A stretch of 24,772 nt of DNA. Source: Planctomycetota bacterium (GTDB lineage Bacteria > Planctomycetota > SZUA-567 > H5-PLA8). This document shows positions 23,786 through 24,772 of the stretch, piece by piece (position 1 is the first letter of the stretch; each line of letters begins with the position of its first letter). The DNA is taken from positions 1 to 24,772 of the forward strand of contig BTVV01000092.1 in the NCBI GenBank assembly GCA_045863855.1. The letters are read 5' to 3'. The position numbers and the translations under genes were made by a program. Below the pieces are notes generated by a model. It was not told where the DNA came from. It saw nothing but the letters and a program-made list of their open reading frames with translations, and did not search any database.

Positions 23786-23811
23786 GTCGCGGAAAACAGG
23801 AGTATTCGACC

Positions 23812-24447
23812 ATGCCATTAGATAACTGGGCACGCCGGATCGGAATCGTTGCGGCGCTCCTGAGCCTGCCCCTTTGCGGGTTCGCCGAGGAATACCGGGC
23901 TTGTGGACTTCATGCCGCGGACAGTTCCAGTGAGGTCGAACGGTTGACCGAGCAATTGAGCGCGGACGATTTCAGCGTTCGAGAATGCGCAACGGAAGGC
24001 CTCTATTACCTCGGCCCCATCGCACGGCCCAGGCTTTTGGAGCAACTCCACACGGAGCTAGACGCCGAAGCTCGACTGCGCATTTCGAACGTCCTCGCGC
24101 GCTGGGACGCGGATGCTCGGGCGATCCGGCGGCTGCCCATCTTTCGCTTCGCCATCGCCGAGCGTTCGCCGTACGTGCTGAATGGGCGGTACGCGGCGCT
24201 GCCTTGGTCGCCGCAACCTACGTACGGGATTTGGACTTCGAGGCTCGAACAGACGATCCCCTACGTCTCCCTGCAACCGGCCCCGAATGTATTCGCCCGC
24301 ATGCTGACACTGACCGGGCAGGCTCAGGAGGAAGTTCTCACACCGGTGTTCAACGAGATGAACAGCTACTTCTCGGATTCTCGAATCGACTCGTTCGAAT
24401 GGTGCAACGAGGACTACTTGCTCTATCGCATTAAAGACGGCTGTTAA
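23812..24447 (+). CDS. hypothetical secreted protein with a HEAT-like N-terminal motif (paralogue 2, 211 aa)
   Basis: ATG 23812 after an AGGAG RBS; signal-like IGIVAALLSLPLCGFA; LSADDFSVRECATEGLYYLG...DAEARLR aligns without gaps to the upstream protein. Confidence 0.75.
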   Translation: MPLDNWARRIGIVAALLSLPLCGFAEEYRACGLHAADSSSEVERLTEQLSADDFSVRECATEGLYYLGPIARPRLLEQLHTELDAEARLRISNVLARWDADARAIRRLPIFRFAIAERSPYVLNGRYAALPWSPQPTYGIWTSRLEQTIPYVSLQPAPNVFARMLTLTGQAQEEVLTPVFNEMNSYFSDSRIDSFEWCNEDYLLYRIKDGC

Positions 24448-24772
24448 TCGCGCCCGTCGAGGAACGCGAGCATGCGTTCGGCGGTGCGCTTGGAGGCACC
24501 TGGTCCGCCGAGCTTCTTGGGGAGTTCGGCCAGCGCCGCGCGTTGCTGCTCGATGTATTTCTGGTCGGTCAGCCCGCGTTCGATCTCGGCGGCAATACGC
24601 TGGGGATTGACTTCACTTTGAAGCAGTTCCGGGACGGCGTACTTGCCGAGCACGATATTCACCAGAGAAAAAACGGGGATATCCACGAGCATGCGCGCGA
24701 TGGAGTAACTGACCCACCCGCCGCGGTAGACGACGCACATGGGATTGCCCTGCAACCCAGCTTCGAGCGTGG
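24444..24772 (-). CDS. lpxB: lipid-A-disaccharide synthase, C-terminal part (5' end outside the window)
   Basis: TLEAGLQGNPMCVVYR...FSLVNIVLGKYAVPELLQ...LGGPGASKRTA is the typical LpxB C-terminus. Confidence 0.88.
   Translation of the reverse strand, partial: TLEAGLQGNPMCVVYRGGWVSYSIARMLVDIPVFSLVNIVLGKYAVPELLQSEVNPQRIAAEIERGLTDQKYIEQQRAALAELPKKLGGPGASKRTAERMLAFLDGRD

Noticed and set aside
23173..23811. N-terminal extension making a 424-aa ORF
   Set aside because: It overlaps the 23153..23785 gene in another frame; the RBS, signal peptide and paralogy place the true start at 23812.
1..24772. CRISPR arrays, transposases, integrases, prophage genes, tRNA/rRNA
   Set aside because: No regularly spaced repeats or diagnostic motifs were seen.

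Overview
High-GC bacterial chromosomal window. lpxB implies an LPS-bearing diderm, and the gene content looks Planctomycetota-like (inference only). Two parS centromere palindromes suggest it lies near oriC. It carries about 20 genes: a YoaK membrane protein, a heparinase II/III-like toroid protein, a three-gene Hsp20 operon with an apparent sigma54/IHF/enhancer promoter, a class I/II aminotransferase, a secreted metzincin with Ig-like/PKD domains, a ThuA-like protein, a Ser/Thr kinase with tandem MshEN-like (c-di-GMP) motifs, a Zn-ribbon/Imm33-like protein, an M28-peptidase/AAC(3) acetyltransferase fusion, a pair of FAD-dependent oxidoreductases, a membrane-anchored multi-domain carbohydrate-related protein, a 7Fe-type ferredoxin, two tandem paralogous secreted proteins and the 3' end of lpxB. 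The main hidden signal is a gene that the ORF track splits in two (13558..13800 and 12715..13530). It reads as one exported TlpA-like selenoprotein: the in-frame TGA falls at the catalytic position of a W-G-T-R-U-G-P-C (UxxC) motif and is followed by a SECIS-like hairpin. No mobile element, CRISPR array, tRNA or rRNA was seen.
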